Assembly: GCF_006345805.1 (NCBI RefSeq)
Contig: NC_043010.1
Span: 62,248,001-62,312,000 of the forward strand
Origin: Octopus sinensis
Taxonomy: Eukaryota
Direction: 5' to 3'
Length of the DNA stretch: 64,000 nt
Shown here: in pieces, positions 61,989 to 64,000 of the stretch
Position numbering within the stretch: position 1 is the stretch's first letter
Layout: every line of letters begins with the position of its first letter
Made by a program: the position numbers and the translations under genes
Notes under the pieces: model-generated
The model's input: the letters and a program-made list of their open reading frames with translations, nothing else
What the model was told of the DNA's origin: nothing
The model's database searches: none

Positions 61989-62334
61989 TTACCTCCACCT
62001 TAGCGACGGCAGGGGTATTGTTTTCAGTTGTGTTTGTTTGTTTATCGTTGGACAAGATGTCTCAAGAACCACTGGATGGATTTGGATGAAACTTTCAGGG
62101 ATGTTTGGCCTCATGGCTGGCATGAACTGATTAGATTTTGGGATCGATCCAATACCTGACAAGGATTCTGAATTATTTTTCCAGTTTTTTTACTTCATTT
62201 TTAAGAGTGGTCATATTCATTATTAGTATTCTTGTTTGTGAGAGCAATCGAGTTTGTTTCAGATATTCTCATTTTTAAAATCATCTCAGATTTGGTGTTG
62301 CCTTGGCAGAGGTTTGCACTCTCTGAGTGCTCTT
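61989..62334 (+). mobile_element. Helentron-associated interspersed element (HINE/DINE-1-like), complete
   Basis: 5' subTIR ACCTCCACC with nearby inverted copy GGCAGGGGT, (GTTT)n, 3' subTIR CCTTGGCAGAGGT, then hairpin GCACTC-TCT-GAGTGC; TT flanks. Confidence 0.75.
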
Positions 62335-62959
62335 ATTATTATTATTATTATTATTATTATATTATTATTATTATTATTATAATTATTGTTATTATCATCA
62401 TCATTGTTGTTGTTATTATTATTGAGTGAGAGAGCAGTGCATGCCATCAAAGTGACACTGGGGTAAAATATACAAATCCCTGTATACCCATCATGACTAC
62501 CCATGCATCACAACCACATGTGCACGACATGGTGATCTCATATAAAGATAAACAGCGCTTAACCTTGCAGGTGGGGCCCAGTTAGAATTTTCTTCCGGTC
62601 GAGTAGCCGATCCTATTCAAAAGGTCCCTGAATGAGGGTTGTTTAAGGATGTTGAACAAAACACCCATATTTTAAGAGGTGAATTATCCAAACCCCAAAG
62701 AGTTCCTCTCAACACATGGCTATGATGCTCCCCCACTACTTTTGCTGGTAATCAGAGATGCACATATTGTCAGCCACTAAGGGACATGCTCAACTTGTTA
62801 TGGTCAAGCAACTGACAAGCAAATTTGTGGTATTGAGCAGTATATTTGCTGTAGCCCATCTTTTATACTAAGACAAAACAATGTCCGTGATAACACCTCC
62901 AATCAGTTAAGATCAGAAGCCATGAGAGCCACTGCCTGGTACTGCATCAGAGCTATTCA

Positions 62960-63572
62960 ACCTTTGGTAGGTTCAAGCAAATTTCTACTGCATCACCTGT
63001 GTTGCTGGGAGTCTGTGTAGCATTGTGTGTTCTTTTTGCTGTTGGGGGAGTGAAAACTCTTTCTGGTATTGTATTGTGTCAGTTTGTTTTGTTATGAGCT
63101 CTGGTTGCAGTCTTTTGTTGTACCAGTGTTTGTGTTGTGTGTGTAATTCGAGTTGAGCTCTGTTGGGTCTCTGGCTTGTGGAATCCATGTTTTGGTGGTG
63201 GTTTATTTTATTGGATATTTGTTGTATAGAATGTGTCTTGTGTTCATGGATTGTTTTTTCTATGAGCTGTATTATTGAATTGCTAGTGTTTTGCATAGGA
63301 TATGGGCTGTTCCCAGCAGGGCTATTTTTTGGACAGTGTGTGGTGTTGAGGGTCCAGATATAGCTTCTATGTTTTTGTTTCTTTTTTATCATACCCTATG
63401 CTCCAATAATTACTGGTATTATTTTCACCTTTGTGTCCCACATCTTGAATACTTCAATCTCGAGCTCTTTGTAGTTTGACAATTTCTTCACTTTGTTCTG
63501 GACAATATTTTGGTCAGAAGGGACTGCAATATCTATCAGTAAACAGGTGGGTTTTCTTTTTTCAATCCTTGA
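62960..63572 (-). mobile_element. R4/Dong-type (restriction-like endonuclease) LINE 3' fragment; coding remnant 63272-63550
   Basis: TCLLIDIAVPSDQNI...KKLSNYKELEIEVFKMW...IIPVIIGA*GMI / VQKIALLGTAHIL.KTLAIQ*. Confidence 0.85.
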
Positions 63573-64000
63573 TGATGATGATGATGATTACGATTATCAT
63601 CATCATCATACTTCTCAGACTGCTCGTTTTTGTTTGCCCTGGTAGATCCTGTGAGAGTGGACAGCATCCTGCTGTCAGAGGTCTCACAGGCTCTCTTTCT
63701 GCACATTAGAAGTTTTGATACTTGGTTGTAATCATTGTCATCATCATCATCGTTATTATAGGGTGATGGATTGGCAGTGTCGTTAGAGCATCGAACAAAG
63801 CCACCCTGTATTTAATTGTGCTTCTTAGCTCGTTATCTTTCCATGCTCATTAAGATAGAGAACCTGTTAATTACAGAGCTTCATATAACTGTCTACATCT
63901 CCCTCTTAAATCTCAAACCTTGGACCTCTCTTAGAAATCCTTATTACGATGCTTATTTTGACTTCACCTGCTTTAAATGTTGTTGTTGTTATTTTGTAGG

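Overview
Eukaryotic, AT-rich, extremely repeat-dense non-coding DNA (intergenic or intronic). The SINE families and microsatellite load resemble Octopus (coleoid cephalopod) genomes; this is recalled, not database-checked. I found no host protein-coding exon, tRNA/rRNA gene or CRISPR array, and almost all listed ORFs are microsatellite artefacts. The window holds: (i) several tRNA-derived SINE families (here A, C, G), an RTE-tail retroposon (B) and an old repeat (F); (ii) decayed coding remnants of CR1, RTE, R4/Dong-type LINEs, a DD37D (maT) transposase and a Penelope GIY-YIG endonuclease; (iii) non-autonomous Helitrons, Helentron HINEs and hAT, piggyBac-like and Tc1 MITEs; (iv) large microsatellites, minisatellites and a 1.16-kb tandem duplication. 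The strongest signal is about ten minimal type-I hammerhead ribozyme (HHR) motifs in several Penelope-like element (PLE) families. These include a PLE with a tRNA-like Pol III cassette between its ORF stop and the ribozyme (30.4-30.9 kb), a near-perfect 326-bp palindrome with one HHR per strand (41.9-42.2 kb), a 1-kb inverted duplication with two HHRs (15.3-16.4 kb), and a family whose copies share a non-canonical CUGUNGA core. Family letters are my own labels. Boundaries of degenerate repeats are approximate (about 10-20 bp).
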